A stretch of DNA of 64,000 bases from an uncultured Pseudomonadales bacterium (GTDB lineage Bacteria; Patescibacteriota; Microgenomatia; UBA1400; PJMF01). A program made the position numbers and the translations under genes. How positions within the stretch are numbered: the first letter of the stretch is position 1; each line of letters starts with the position of its first letter. The stretch covers positions 22,685 to 86,684 of the forward strand of contig CAYOIJ010000001.1 in the NCBI GenBank assembly GCA_964404025.1, in the 5' to 3' direction. The notes beneath the pieces were generated by a model. It worked only from the letters and a program-made list of their open reading frames with translations. It was not told where the DNA came from and did no database searches. Shown here one piece after another: positions 1 through 9,467 of the stretch.

Positions 1-696
1 GGGGCAAATCAAAACCCTGATGTTAATCCTGAAATTAATTACTCACCAGCTAGAAAAAAACGTATTCAAGAATATTTAAAAAGTATTCCAGAAAACGATG
101 AGAAACTTGATGATTGGGATCATCATTATAAACAAAAAACTCAGGCTTTAATTGCCAATTATGATCAAGTTAAGGTTCGAGCTGAGAACATTTCCGTTAA
201 ACAAGGGGAAGAGACGAGTAAGCCACAGCTTAAAACAAGAATTCGTAAATTGAAAAACTTAAAAGAGGTTCAAGAAAAAAATGTTCAAGATAATTTGCAA
301 AATGAGATAGGGGTAAATGAGGAAATAATTAATTTAGAAAACAAACAAACAACCAACTACAGCTTAAGCGCAAATAATCCCCCCAACAAACAGCTAGAAA
401 ACAAAAGTGTTGATGAAAATAAATTAGAGCCAGAGCAAGCCAACCAATTAGTTGGAAGAGTGACTGATTCACAAGGGCAAAGTGTTAATAATGCTTTGCT
501 GGAAATATTTGCTAATGATCAAGATCAAGCCTTGCGCATCATTAAAACCAACGCTGCTGGTCAATTTTATATTAAAACAGCCCTTCCTAACGGAGAATAT
601 TTGATCAAAACTGAGGCCGAAGGCTTAGTGTTTTCTCCATTAAGTATTAGGTTGACTGGAAAAATAGTTCCAAGCATAAAAATTATTGCTGATTAA
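1..696 (+). CDS. 5'-truncated protein with C-terminal carboxypeptidase-regulatory-like beta domain; probably the PrgI-family gene of the CPR T4SS-like cluster
   Basis: Frame 1 is open from base 1, so the ORF extends beyond the track's start at 250. C-terminal GRVTDSQG...ALLEI...KTNAAGQF...LPNGEY motif; lies upstream of VirB4-like genes. Confidence 0.55.
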   Translation, partial: GANQNPDVNPEINYSPARKKRIQEYLKSIPENDEKLDDWDHHYKQKTQALIANYDQVKVRAENISVKQGEETSKPQLKTRIRKLKNLKEVQEKNVQDNLQNEIGVNEEIINLENKQTTNYSLSANNPPNKQLENKSVDENKLEPEQANQLVGRVTDSQGQSVNNALLEIFANDQDQALRIIKTNAAGQFYIKTALPNGEYLIKTEAEGLVFSPLSIRLTGKIVPSIKIIAD

Positions 697-749
697 AAAT
701 TAAGACTCTTTTACTAAGGGTCAAAATCTAGTAAACTTAAACAAGACTC

Positions 750-1844
750 ATGAGTGATAACACTATTAGCTCTACTACGCAAGAATTTCTTGATGTTTTT
801 GATATTACCAACGACATGGTAATCCTTAAAGATGGTGTGGTATCCATCATTATGCAAATAGGCACCATGAACTTTAGTTTATTAGCAGAACAAGAACAAG
901 ATGCCATTATGTATACCTATGGTGCCTTGCTTAATTCTCTCAACTTCCCCATTCAAATTAATATTCAATCCAACATCAAAGACGCAACTAGATACCTAAG
1001 ATTACTCGAAAACCAGGCTAGACAAGCTAAATCTAGAGAGAAGGCTAAATTAATTGAAGAATACCGAGATTTTGTAGCTAATTTAATTCGCGAACGCAAT
1101 GTTTTAGAAAAAAAATTCTTTGTAGTTATTCCCACCAATGCTGGAGAAATGGGTTTATACACCGCAGAAAGCGTACTACCTGGTAAAACTAAATTTAACA
1201 TTAATAATTTTGAAAAAACCATCCTAATCGAAAAAGCCTCTACAATACTAGATCCTCGTAGAGATCATTTAATAGCTCAATTTAATAGGATTGGTTTATT
1301 CGCTAGACAACTAGATACTCAAGAAATTATTCAAAATTTTTATATTAACTACAATCCAGAATCAACAGAAGGACAAGAAGTTACTAATAGTGAAAGCTAT
1401 ACAACTCCTATGGTTAGGGCCAGTCTAACAAGCAATCAAAAACTTAGCACAGTAGAACAAGATAATGTCCAAGCTCAGACGCAGACTCAAGCTCCGGCCC
1501 CAAAACAAACACCAGCACAAACACCAGTTTCAGCGCCCAAGCCAGCACCAATACCGACATCACCACCAACACCGGCATCGTCACCAGAGATAACCACTGA
1601 ACCAACTGAAAGCTTTGTACCAAGCGAGATACCAAAAACCGACACCAATCCAACAAACTTCAGTGAAGAAATTGCGCAACTTCAAACAACAAGCCCCGAA
1701 CCAAATCAACCCTCACTAATAAATAATGATGCTCAAGAAACAAACTTAAACGTCCAAAACAATCAATTTAATCAAAAAATGATGCCACCTAGCTCAATCA
1801 ATCAAGTATTAAATAAAAATGAGTCAGGGCCCGTGGAGCTTTAA
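750..1844 (+). CDS. T4SS-associated protein resembling the VirB4/TraE N-terminal part, with Pro/Gln/Thr-rich tail
   Basis: STQEFLDV-like start, NFSLLAEQEQDAI..YGALLNSLNFPIQI motif typical of genes preceding CPR VirB4; TAATG overlap with next gene. Confidence 0.6.
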   Translation: MSDNTISSTTQEFLDVFDITNDMVILKDGVVSIIMQIGTMNFSLLAEQEQDAIMYTYGALLNSLNFPIQINIQSNIKDATRYLRLLENQARQAKSREKAKLIEEYRDFVANLIRERNVLEKKFFVVIPTNAGEMGLYTAESVLPGKTKFNINNFEKTILIEKASTILDPRRDHLIAQFNRIGLFARQLDTQEIIQNFYINYNPESTEGQEVTNSESYTTPMVRASLTSNQKLSTVEQDNVQAQTQTQAPAPKQTPAQTPVSAPKPAPIPTSPPTPASSPEITTEPTESFVPSEIPKTDTNPTNFSEEIAQLQTTSPEPNQPSLINNDAQETNLNVQNNQFNQKMMPPSSINQVLNKNESGPVEL

Positions 1845-4039
1845 TGTCAATTTTAGATTTTAACCTACCATTTCTTAACAAGAAAAAACCCAGCATCGAC
1901 CCTGTAGAACAAAAACAAATTGATGCAGAACAATACACCCAAGAAAAATTGAGAGATTTTTCTCGAGGCCTTGTTACCATTCAAGACATTATTGCTCCAG
2001 AAGCAATTGAGGTGGACTTCACCTATCAAAAAATTAATTCTACCTATACTAGAACTCTTTTTGTAGCTGGCTATCCCAGGAGTGTTCCTGCTAACTGGCT
2101 GTCCCCTCTAATTAATTTTCCTACTCAAGCCAATATTTCAATGTTTATTTTTCCTTCAGACACTAGTGAAATTTTAGACAACTTGAAGAGAAAAATTACC
2201 GAAATGGAGGCTGAGATTACCTCCGATGTCAGGGCGGGTAAAATTAGCAATATTAATACTGAAATTAAACTAAATGATGCTCGAGTTATGCGTGAACAGC
2301 TTGCTGCCGGATCAGAAAGATTTTTTCAATTTAGCTTATATGTCACCATCAAGAGTGAAAGTAAAGAGCAGTTAGAAAAAACCACTAAAGCTATTCAATC
2401 TGCTCTAGGATCTTTATTAATTGTTTCCAAAAAGTCAGCCCTACAAATGGATGAGGGCTTTAAAACAACCATTCCCATGGGTGTAGATCGCCTACTTGTT
2501 ACCAGAAACATGGACACCACTTCTCTTGCCACTACCTTTCCATTTACCTCCTCAGAACTAACCATGGAAACTGGTATTGTTTATGGGATTAACGAGCACA
2601 ATGACTCTCTGGTTATATTTGATCGCTTTCAAATGGAAAACGCCAATATGGTTATTTTTGCTAAGTCTGGAGCTGGTAAATCTTATACGGTTAAACTAGA
2701 AATTTTGCGACAGCTTATGTTCGACACAGAAATTATTGTTCTTGATCCAGAGCATGAGTATGAAGAGCTTTGTAAAATGGTGGGCGGAGAATACATTAAT
2801 TTTACTTTTGGTTCAAAAGCTAAGATTAATCCTTTCGATTTGTCCAACCTATATGAAGAAGGAGAAAACGAGCTTGGACAAAAAATTCTTTCACTTCACG
2901 GCTTGCTAAAAGTAATGTTGGGCGAAATGACTCCCCAACAAGAAGCAATACTAGATCGCGCTATTGTTGCTAGTTACAAGGCTAAAGGCATAACTCCAGA
3001 TCCCAACACACAAACCAACACTCCCCCACTAATGGAGGATCTTTATAAAGCCTTAATTGGCATGGAGCAAGATGAAAGCGCCGACTTAGCTGCTCGTTTA
3101 GAAAAATTTATTACCGGTTCTTTTCGCGGTATTTTTGATAAAGCTTCAAACATAGATATTAAATCTCCCTTCACAGTATTTAGTGTTAAAGAAATGGAAG
3201 AAGAACTGCGACCAATAGCAATGTATGTGATTCTTGACTTTATTTGGACAAAAATTAAGAAAGATCTCAAAAGAAGAATTTTGGTTATTGATGAGGCCTG
3301 GTACTTTATGATGCATCAGGACAGTTCAGCTTTTGTTTATTCAATGGTTAAAAGAGCGCGAAAATATTATTTAGGAATTACCACTATTACTCAAGACGTA
3401 GAAGACTTTTTACGAAATGATTATGGGCGAGCTATTGTTTCCAACTCCTCCATCCAGTTTTTAATGAAACAATCCACATCTTCAGTTCCTCTTTTAGCTC
3501 AAACTTTTTATCTGTCTGAAGGTGAAAGACAGCTCTTGGTTACTTCAGATGTTGGTGAGGGAATCTTTTTTGCTGGACAAAACCACGTGGCACTACGGGT
3601 AATTGCTTCTGATAAAGAACATCAGGTAATTACTACTGATCCAGAGGAAATTTTGAGTCAAAGAAAACAAGCTAGTGCTGAAAGAGAATTACGCCGCCAA
3701 AGACTTGAACAAAGCTCATCTGTAGAAACGCCAGAAGAAAAAGTTGGATCCTTTGAGACACCAAGTAAAATTCCCTGGCAAGGAGAAGAAATTAATTTTA
3801 CAACAGACGTATTGGAAGACGCAACAAATAAAGCAGAAAAAAATCTAAAACAAAATCCAGTGTTACCTCAAATTAAAAATATTTTTGATGGCGAAGGTCA
3901 TGCACAAACAGAATCTCAAAATATAGAGACTAAAAACCAAAATGCAAATCCTGATAGTCCTACAAGCACGGAGAGCGAAGAATCAAACAATAAACAGCAC
4001 TTTGGCTATTCAATTGACGACTATCAAGCTCCAAAATAA
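1844..4039 (+). CDS. VirB4/TraE-like type IV secretion ATPase
   Basis: Walker A AKSGAGKS, LDPEHEY, INPFD, Walker B LVIDEAW, KRARKY, ITQDVEDF. Confidence 0.9.
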   Translation: MSILDFNLPFLNKKKPSIDPVEQKQIDAEQYTQEKLRDFSRGLVTIQDIIAPEAIEVDFTYQKINSTYTRTLFVAGYPRSVPANWLSPLINFPTQANISMFIFPSDTSEILDNLKRKITEMEAEITSDVRAGKISNINTEIKLNDARVMREQLAAGSERFFQFSLYVTIKSESKEQLEKTTKAIQSALGSLLIVSKKSALQMDEGFKTTIPMGVDRLLVTRNMDTTSLATTFPFTSSELTMETGIVYGINEHNDSLVIFDRFQMENANMVIFAKSGAGKSYTVKLEILRQLMFDTEIIVLDPEHEYEELCKMVGGEYINFTFGSKAKINPFDLSNLYEEGENELGQKILSLHGLLKVMLGEMTPQQEAILDRAIVASYKAKGITPDPNTQTNTPPLMEDLYKALIGMEQDESADLAARLEKFITGSFRGIFDKASNIDIKSPFTVFSVKEMEEELRPIAMYVILDFIWTKIKKDLKRRILVIDEAWYFMMHQDSSAFVYSMVKRARKYYLGITTITQDVEDFLRNDYGRAIVSNSSIQFLMKQSTSSVPLLAQTFYLSEGERQLLVTSDVGEGIFFAGQNHVALRVIASDKEHQVITTDPEEILSQRKQASAERELRRQRLEQSSSVETPEEKVGSFETPSKIPWQGEEINFTTDVLEDATNKAEKNLKQNPVLPQIKNIFDGEGHAQTESQNIETKNQNANPDSPTSTESEESNNKQHFGYSIDDYQAPK

Positions 4040-4050
4040 AAAATTGCCCC

Positions 4051-4080
4051 TTGTCAAATGTGGAAAACACTGTGTATAAC
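4051..4080 (+). promoter_or_regulatory. dnaA promoter overlapped by two DnaA boxes
   Basis: TTGTCA (4051-56), 18 nt, TATAAC (4075-80). Boxes TGTGGAAAA 4059-67 and TGTGTATAA 4071-79 (reverse complements TTTTCCACA and TTATACACA). Confidence 0.7.
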
Positions 4081-4143
4081 TATGAGTGTTAAATTTCTTT
4101 TGTAGTTTCAAATTCTGCCCCAGAAAGATGTCTAAGGATTAGT

Positions 4144-5652
4144 ATGTCAGAACAAGCTTATGATTCTCAAACCATAGAACAAATTTGGCAAATGGCTAAA
4201 AATGATCTAGAAAGCAGCTTAAGTCCAGCAATTTTTAATACATGGATTCTACCTAGCCCACTCACCCAACTGAGAGTTATTGATGAATTAAAAGCTGAGG
4301 CAACAATAAATTGCATGACTGCATTTCACGCAACCAATCTAAAATCCAATCTTTATTTACCAATTAAAACCGCTTTAGAAAAATATGTAAATCGACCGCT
4401 AGAAATAAATTTTGTGGTGGGTGATGGTAAAAAAACAGAAAAGCAAAACGACGGTTTTGTTCAAACCGACCATCGCCTCAGTTCTAAAAAAAAACAGACT
4501 CACAAAACAAATGAAAGTACAGACGGACCAGGACTAGTTTCCCCCACCGTAGACGAGTTGTTTTCTTACTCAAATATTGAGAATAATGCTATTGATAGGT
4601 TTAATTTAAGAGCTAAACAAATAGGTCTTAAAAACGATTTTACTTTTAACAATTTTGCTGTTGATCCTAGCAACCAAATGGCTCATGCCGCTGCTACCAA
4701 GGTTGCCAGTAGTCCCGGTTCAAGCTACAACCCTCTCTTTTTATATGGCGGGGTGGGCGTGGGCAAAACACATCTTATGCACGCCATTGCCAACTACATT
4801 TTAAAAAACGATCCAGACATCAATATTGTTTTCTGTACTGGCGAACAATTTACTAACGAAATTATTCGCTCAATTCAAAACAAAAACTCAGCTCAATTCC
4901 GCAATAAATATCGACGCGCTGAATTATTACTATTAGACGACATCCAATTTATTGCTGGTAAAAAAAGTGTTCAAGAGGAATTTTTCCATACTTTTAATGC
5001 TTTGACTGGAAATAATTCGCAAGTTATTTTAACCTCCGACCTTCCTCCCCACGAAATTAGTTTGCTAGAGGATAGAATTCGCTCACGCTTTGAGGCTGGT
5101 CTAATGATTGATATTCAACAACCAACTCTAGAACTTCGTACAGCAATTTTACTACTCAAAGCACAATCTAATCACATCAACATTCCCAACCACCTCGCCC
5201 AAAGAATTGCTGCTCAAGTTGACAGTGCTAGACGAATTGAGGGAATTATTAAAAAAATTCGCAGCGCCGTTGAACTACAAGGAGCAGAGATCAATGTTGA
5301 GTTAATCGACTTAATTCTTAAAAAAGAAATTAGACATAATCATAAAAAAATGCTCAAGGTTAAGCCACAAGACATTATTCAAAGCGTTAGTAACCACTTT
5401 CACCTTAAGCAAAGCGCTATTAAGGGTGGAAGGCGCAATAAAGAGTTGGTTAAGGCTCGCCATATTGCCATGTACCTTTTAAGACAGGAACTAAATAGCT
5501 CTCTTGAAGAAATTGGCCAGTGGTTTGGTGGTCGTGATCACACCAGCGTTATCCATGCCGTTAAAAAAATTGAAAAGGAGTTGTTGGTTGATGAGACAAT
5601 CATTCAAGATGTTTCTGCTTTAAAAATGTCTTTAGTAGCCATTTCTAAATAA
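4144..5652 (+). CDS. dnaA: chromosomal replication initiator DnaA
   Basis: YNPLFLYGGVGVGKTHL, LLLDDIQF, QEEFFHTFN, GGRDHTSVIHA. Confidence 0.99.
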   Translation: MSEQAYDSQTIEQIWQMAKNDLESSLSPAIFNTWILPSPLTQLRVIDELKAEATINCMTAFHATNLKSNLYLPIKTALEKYVNRPLEINFVVGDGKKTEKQNDGFVQTDHRLSSKKKQTHKTNESTDGPGLVSPTVDELFSYSNIENNAIDRFNLRAKQIGLKNDFTFNNFAVDPSNQMAHAAATKVASSPGSSYNPLFLYGGVGVGKTHLMHAIANYILKNDPDINIVFCTGEQFTNEIIRSIQNKNSAQFRNKYRRAELLLLDDIQFIAGKKSVQEEFFHTFNALTGNNSQVILTSDLPPHEISLLEDRIRSRFEAGLMIDIQQPTLELRTAILLLKAQSNHINIPNHLAQRIAAQVDSARRIEGIIKKIRSAVELQGAEINVELIDLILKKEIRHNHKKMLKVKPQDIIQSVSNHFHLKQSAIKGGRRNKELVKARHIAMYLLRQELNSSLEEIGQWFGGRDHTSVIHAVKKIEKELLVDETIIQDVSALKMSLVAISK

Positions 5653-6011
5653 ACACATTAAAAAAACTGATTTATGCTTATTTTTTAAACAAAAACAAAC
5701 ATAAACAATACACTTTTCCACAAACCTGAAAAACTCTGTGGATAAAGTATGAATAAACTGTGAAAAAGCTTGAATAATTATTAACCCCTTGTTTATTAAA
5801 CTTAAACTTATGCTAAGTTCTTCTAAAAAGCTCACAAGGAAATTCACTACTTTATGCCATTTATTCACAAAAAAATTAGACCTAAAAAGAACATTTTTTT
5901 TGAGTAATTTCATCGTTTTCGTGAATAAATTTTCACTTTCCCACCACACCTACTACTACTATTACTATTTATATATAAATTAATTATAGAAATTAAAATT
6001 TATCAGTTACA
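5653..6011. other. replication origin oriC
   Basis: dnaA-dnaN spacer with DnaA boxes TTTTCCACA 5714-22, TGTGGATAA 5737-45, TGTGAAAAA 5759-67, TTATTCACA 5861-69, CGTGAATAA 5920-28; DnaA-trio run TACTACTACTATTACTA 5951-67 followed by AT-rich tract. Confidence 0.9.
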
Positions 6012-7160
6012 ATGAAGTTTATGAAAATAATCGCTCTACAAGAAAATATTAAACAAGAACTTGTTTATTTACAAAAAATTATACCAAGTAGACCACAATT
6101 ACCAATTTTATCTTCTATTTTTCTTAAATCCCAGGATAATAAATTAGTTCTGGCCGCAACAGACCTATATCTAGGTATGCGGTCTAGCACAGTGGTTGAG
6201 GTTAAAGAAAAAGGATCTCTAGTTGTTGATGGTGATACTTTTCGTAGTTTAATTTTTTCCCTTTCTCCTGGAAAAATTACTCTAGAGTTAGTAGACTCTG
6301 TTTTGAAAATAACCCAGGGTAAAACAAAAATTAAATTAAGCTGTCAATCTACCGAAGAATATCCTAAATTTCCTGATGTCAGTGGTGACTCTTTTAAGTT
6401 ACAAACAACAGATTTGGAAAAGATTCAAAAATTAGTAATCTTTGCTACTAGCACTGATCAAACAAGACCGGTTCTAACATCGTTATTAATGAAATTTTCT
6501 GACAAAGGTTTGACCGTTGTCGGAACAGATGGTTTTAGATTAGCCAACCTTGAGCTTAATGAACTCAAATTCTCTTTTAATAAAAATCTAATGGTTCCGG
6601 CCAAAGCACTAAGTGAATTGTTGAGAATAGCTAAGCAGTGCCAGAGTGACGAAGTGGAAATAATTGTAGCTGAAGAATTAAAACAGCTTTTATTTAAGGT
6701 TAATGGTATTGAGTTTTTTGTCAGATTAATCGAGGGAGATTATCCACCCTATCAAAAAATTATTCCTCCAAGCTTTCGCTTAAAAGCACAAATTGATGGC
6801 GAGGAGTTTCTAGATCAACTTAAAAGAGCACAAATTTTTTCAAGAGAGAGTTCGAATATTGTTCGCTTGTCATTTAAAAATGAAAATAAAAACAATTATT
6901 TGATAATAAAATCAATCTCCCCAACTTACGGAGAATATGTTGGAGAGATGTCCATTGAGATAGATACTGAAATTTTAAAGCAAGAATTAAACGAACTACA
7001 AATAGCTTTTAATGTTTTGTACTTAATTGATTTCATTAACGCAGTTGACACAGAAAAAATATCTTTAAGCGTAAACGAAAGCTTAAAACCCGCGAAATTT
7101 ACCAATCCATCAGATAAAAACTATTTATATATTAGCATGCCGTTCAGAGTCAACGAATAA
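6012..7160 (+). CDS. dnaN: DNA polymerase III beta clamp
   Basis: LPILS, ATDL, RPVLT, GTDGFRL, RLIEGDYPPY, MPFR; follows dnaA. Confidence 0.98.
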   Translation: MKFMKIIALQENIKQELVYLQKIIPSRPQLPILSSIFLKSQDNKLVLAATDLYLGMRSSTVVEVKEKGSLVVDGDTFRSLIFSLSPGKITLELVDSVLKITQGKTKIKLSCQSTEEYPKFPDVSGDSFKLQTTDLEKIQKLVIFATSTDQTRPVLTSLLMKFSDKGLTVVGTDGFRLANLELNELKFSFNKNLMVPAKALSELLRIAKQCQSDEVEIIVAEELKQLLFKVNGIEFFVRLIEGDYPPYQKIIPPSFRLKAQIDGEEFLDQLKRAQIFSRESSNIVRLSFKNENKNNYLIIKSISPTYGEYVGEMSIEIDTEILKQELNELQIAFNVLYLIDFINAVDTEKISLSVNESLKPAKFTNPSDKNYLYISMPFRVNE

Positions 7161-7164
7161 GTCA

Positions 7165-7173
7165 TGTTATAAT
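7165..7173 (+). promoter_or_regulatory. extended -10 promoter of rpmH operon (leaderless)
   Basis: TGTTATAAT 8 nt before ATG 7182, no SD. Confidence 0.7.
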
Positions 7174-7181
7174 AATCGCTT

Positions 7182-7328
7182 ATGAAAAGAACCTGGAATC
7201 CTAAGAAAAAAAAGCGTTTAAGAATGCATGGCTTTTTAAAAAGAATGTCTACTTTGGGTGGTCGAAGAATTTTAGCTAGACGCAGAGCAAAAAAACGAAA
7301 AAAACTGACCGTAATTAAAAAAGCCTAA
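7182..7328 (+). CDS. rpmH: 50S ribosomal protein L34 (missing from ORF track)
   Basis: Translates to [48 protein letters not shown]. Confidence 0.97.
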   Translation: MKRTWNPKKKKRLRMHGFLKRMSTLGGRRILARRRAKKRKKLTVIKKA

Positions 7329-7370
7329 ATTTTTAACAATTTTTCTTTTTTTAGAGTAAAATTAAATTTA

Positions 7371-7736
7371 ATGTTGGCAAAAAAATATCGCCTCAATTTA
7401 ACTTTGACAGAAAATAGTCAAATGTTTAAGAGTGGCTTAAGCCAACAATTTACAGGCAAAAGCTTGTTGTTTTATTATCGGCCAAATAAAACTAAATTGA
7501 AGATCGCTGCCCTAGCCCCCTCAAGAATCTTCCCAAAAGCTTATCAGCGTAATCGCTACAGACGGCTACTTTACAACTTAATTATTAAAAAAAATAAAGA
7601 AATGTCGGGGGCTGGAAAATACAATCTATTTGATAAAAAAATTGATTTAATTATTGTTTACAAAGATCGCAATTTTAAAAATAGTGATTTAGAAGAAGAT
7701 TTAAATAAATTTTTAGAGAAATATGCGGATATATAA
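7371..7736 (+). CDS. rnpA: ribonuclease P protein component
   Basis: ML.KKYRL start, RNR motif AYQRNRYRRLL, position after rpmH. Confidence 0.85.
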   Translation: MLAKKYRLNLTLTENSQMFKSGLSQQFTGKSLLFYYRPNKTKLKIAALAPSRIFPKAYQRNRYRRLLYNLIIKKNKEMSGAGKYNLFDKKIDLIIVYKDRNFKNSDLEEDLNKFLEKYADI

Positions 7737-7905
7737 GCTTTTAAGCACAATTAGACACAATATTATGTATAGTGTTTTTGGCTATTCCTCGGTGTGTGGT
7801 CAGACACCAAGCTGTAGTCAATATACTGCTCTAGAAATAAAAAAGAATGGTACAATTATCGGGTTAGCGAAAGGAATTTGGCGAGTGCTTAATTGTCGCC
7901 ACTAA
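7723..7905 (+). CDS. yidD: membrane protein insertion efficiency factor (short)
   Basis: C..TPSCSQY..LEIKKNG...G...RVLNC; between rnpA and yidC. Confidence 0.85.
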   Translation: MRIYKLLSTIRHNIMYSVFGYSSVCGQTPSCSQYTALEIKKNGTIIGLAKGIWRVLNCRH

Positions 7906-7912
7906 GAGAATT

Positions 7913-8935
7913 ATGGGATTTTTAATTACTTTTTTCAGTGAAGTTTTATTATTTTTTAATGGCGCGCTGGGCAGTGTTGGTCTAGCTCTTATAGTTTTTA
8001 CTATAATTATTCGTTTGTTAATTTTGCCATTGACCCTACCAAGCATCAAGTCAAGTCAAAAAATTAAAAAACTTCAACCAGAATTAAAGAAAATTAAAGA
8101 AAAATTTAAAGGAGACAAACAGGGTTATGCTCTTGCTCAATCTCAGCTTTATAAAAGTTATAATATTAATCCCCTAGCTGGTTGTTTACCTCAAATAATT
8201 CAGCTAGTTATTTTAATTATTTTGTATCGGGCAATTATTGGCTTATTTGATCAATCAAATAGCCTAAACTTTAATTTTTTATGGACTGACCTTAGTCAAC
8301 CAGATAAACTATATATTTTCCCAATTTTAGCAGCACTTAGTCAATTTATTTTATCCTTGATGATTTCTCCAGCTACTCAAACTAGAGATGTAGTGTCAAA
8401 CAAAACCCAGGACGAGCTGTTGAAAAAAGCTAATGAAAAGGAAGAGGACATTGCTGAAATGGCTTCTACCATGCAACAGCAAATGATGTTTTTAATGCCA
8501 ATTATGACAGGTGTAATTGCTTTAAGGTTGCCATCAGGCCTAGCCCTTTACTGGATAATGGGAACTATTTTTAGTATTGTTACTCAGTATTTTGTGTCTG
8601 GATTGGGAGGAATTGCTGTTTTTTGGAATAATAATATTGCTAAAAAAGGGCTTTTTGGAGCTAAGCTTTTACCAGAAGAACAAGGCAAGAACTTTTTGCT
8701 AGAAGAAAACAAGCAAGAAAAGATAGTTAAAGAAGCTCCTTTAAAAAAACTATTAAAAAAAAGTGGTACCAGCAAAGAAACCACAGAACTAGCTGAACTT
8801 TTAATAAAAAAAGGAGCCAGCACAGAGGCTTTACCAGCAAAAAACACTAGGGCAACTAAAACAAAGGCTCAGGAAAAAATTAAAAAAAACCGTCGGCAAA
8901 AAAAACGAGCAGCTAAAAAAAAGAAACGCTCTTGA
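7913..8935 (+). CDS. yidC: membrane protein insertase YidC/Oxa1
   Basis: TIIIRLLILPL, LQPELKKIKEKF, NPLAGCLP, PSGLALYW; basic C-terminal tail. Confidence 0.95.
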   Translation: MGFLITFFSEVLLFFNGALGSVGLALIVFTIIIRLLILPLTLPSIKSSQKIKKLQPELKKIKEKFKGDKQGYALAQSQLYKSYNINPLAGCLPQIIQLVILIILYRAIIGLFDQSNSLNFNFLWTDLSQPDKLYIFPILAALSQFILSLMISPATQTRDVVSNKTQDELLKKANEKEEDIAEMASTMQQQMMFLMPIMTGVIALRLPSGLALYWIMGTIFSIVTQYFVSGLGGIAVFWNNNIAKKGLFGAKLLPEEQGKNFLLEENKQEKIVKEAPLKKLLKKSGTSKETTELAELLIKKGASTEALPAKNTRATKTKAQEKIKKNRRQKKRAAKKKKRS

Positions 8936-8944
8936 AAGACTAAT

Positions 8945-9400
8945 ATGAAAATTGAAGAATATTTAAGTAGGTTAATTGAATATCTTGGAATTGAGGGAGA
9001 AATTGAAATTAAAATTGAAGAGGGAGAGGAAAGAGTTCAAATAGATGTTCAAACAGATGAAAAAGATACAGCTCTATTAATTGGTAGTCGAGGGGAAACC
9101 CTTAGCGCCATTGAGCTTCTAACTAAGTTAAGCTTTAAAGACGATTACGAAGATAAGCGAATAACTTTAGACATCAATGGCTATAAGTTGCGACAAGAGG
9201 AACGATTAAAAGAAAAGGCTCTAGATTTAGCTCAAAGGGTTTTAGAAACTGGACAGCCCTATGAGTTTCGTTATTTAAACTCTTATGAGAGACACCTAGT
9301 TCATGAGGTGATTGCCAAAGAAACAGGTTTGGAAAAAATAAATACTCATTCTGAGGATAGAGATTTGGGTAGAGTCTTAATAATTGAGGTTAAAAATTAA
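8945..9400 (+). CDS. jag: Jag/KhpB RNA-binding protein (KH + R3H, no Jag_N)
   Basis: LLIGSRGETL KH motif, LDINGY, YERHLVH R3H motif. Confidence 0.9.
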   Translation: MKIEEYLSRLIEYLGIEGEIEIKIEEGEERVQIDVQTDEKDTALLIGSRGETLSAIELLTKLSFKDDYEDKRITLDINGYKLRQEERLKEKALDLAQRVLETGQPYEFRYLNSYERHLVHEVIAKETGLEKINTHSEDRDLGRVLIIEVKN

Positions 9401-9467
9401 GCTACTTGAGGTTGCAATAATTATGCGCTAATTATGCGTTAATAGTTTTCAACTTTGAGCTTTTTAT

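Noticed and set aside
5632-5983. ORFs 5632..5949(-) and 5789..5983(+), the latter with a poly-Tyr end
   Set aside because: They overlie oriC; the Tyr run is the translated DnaA-trio repeat
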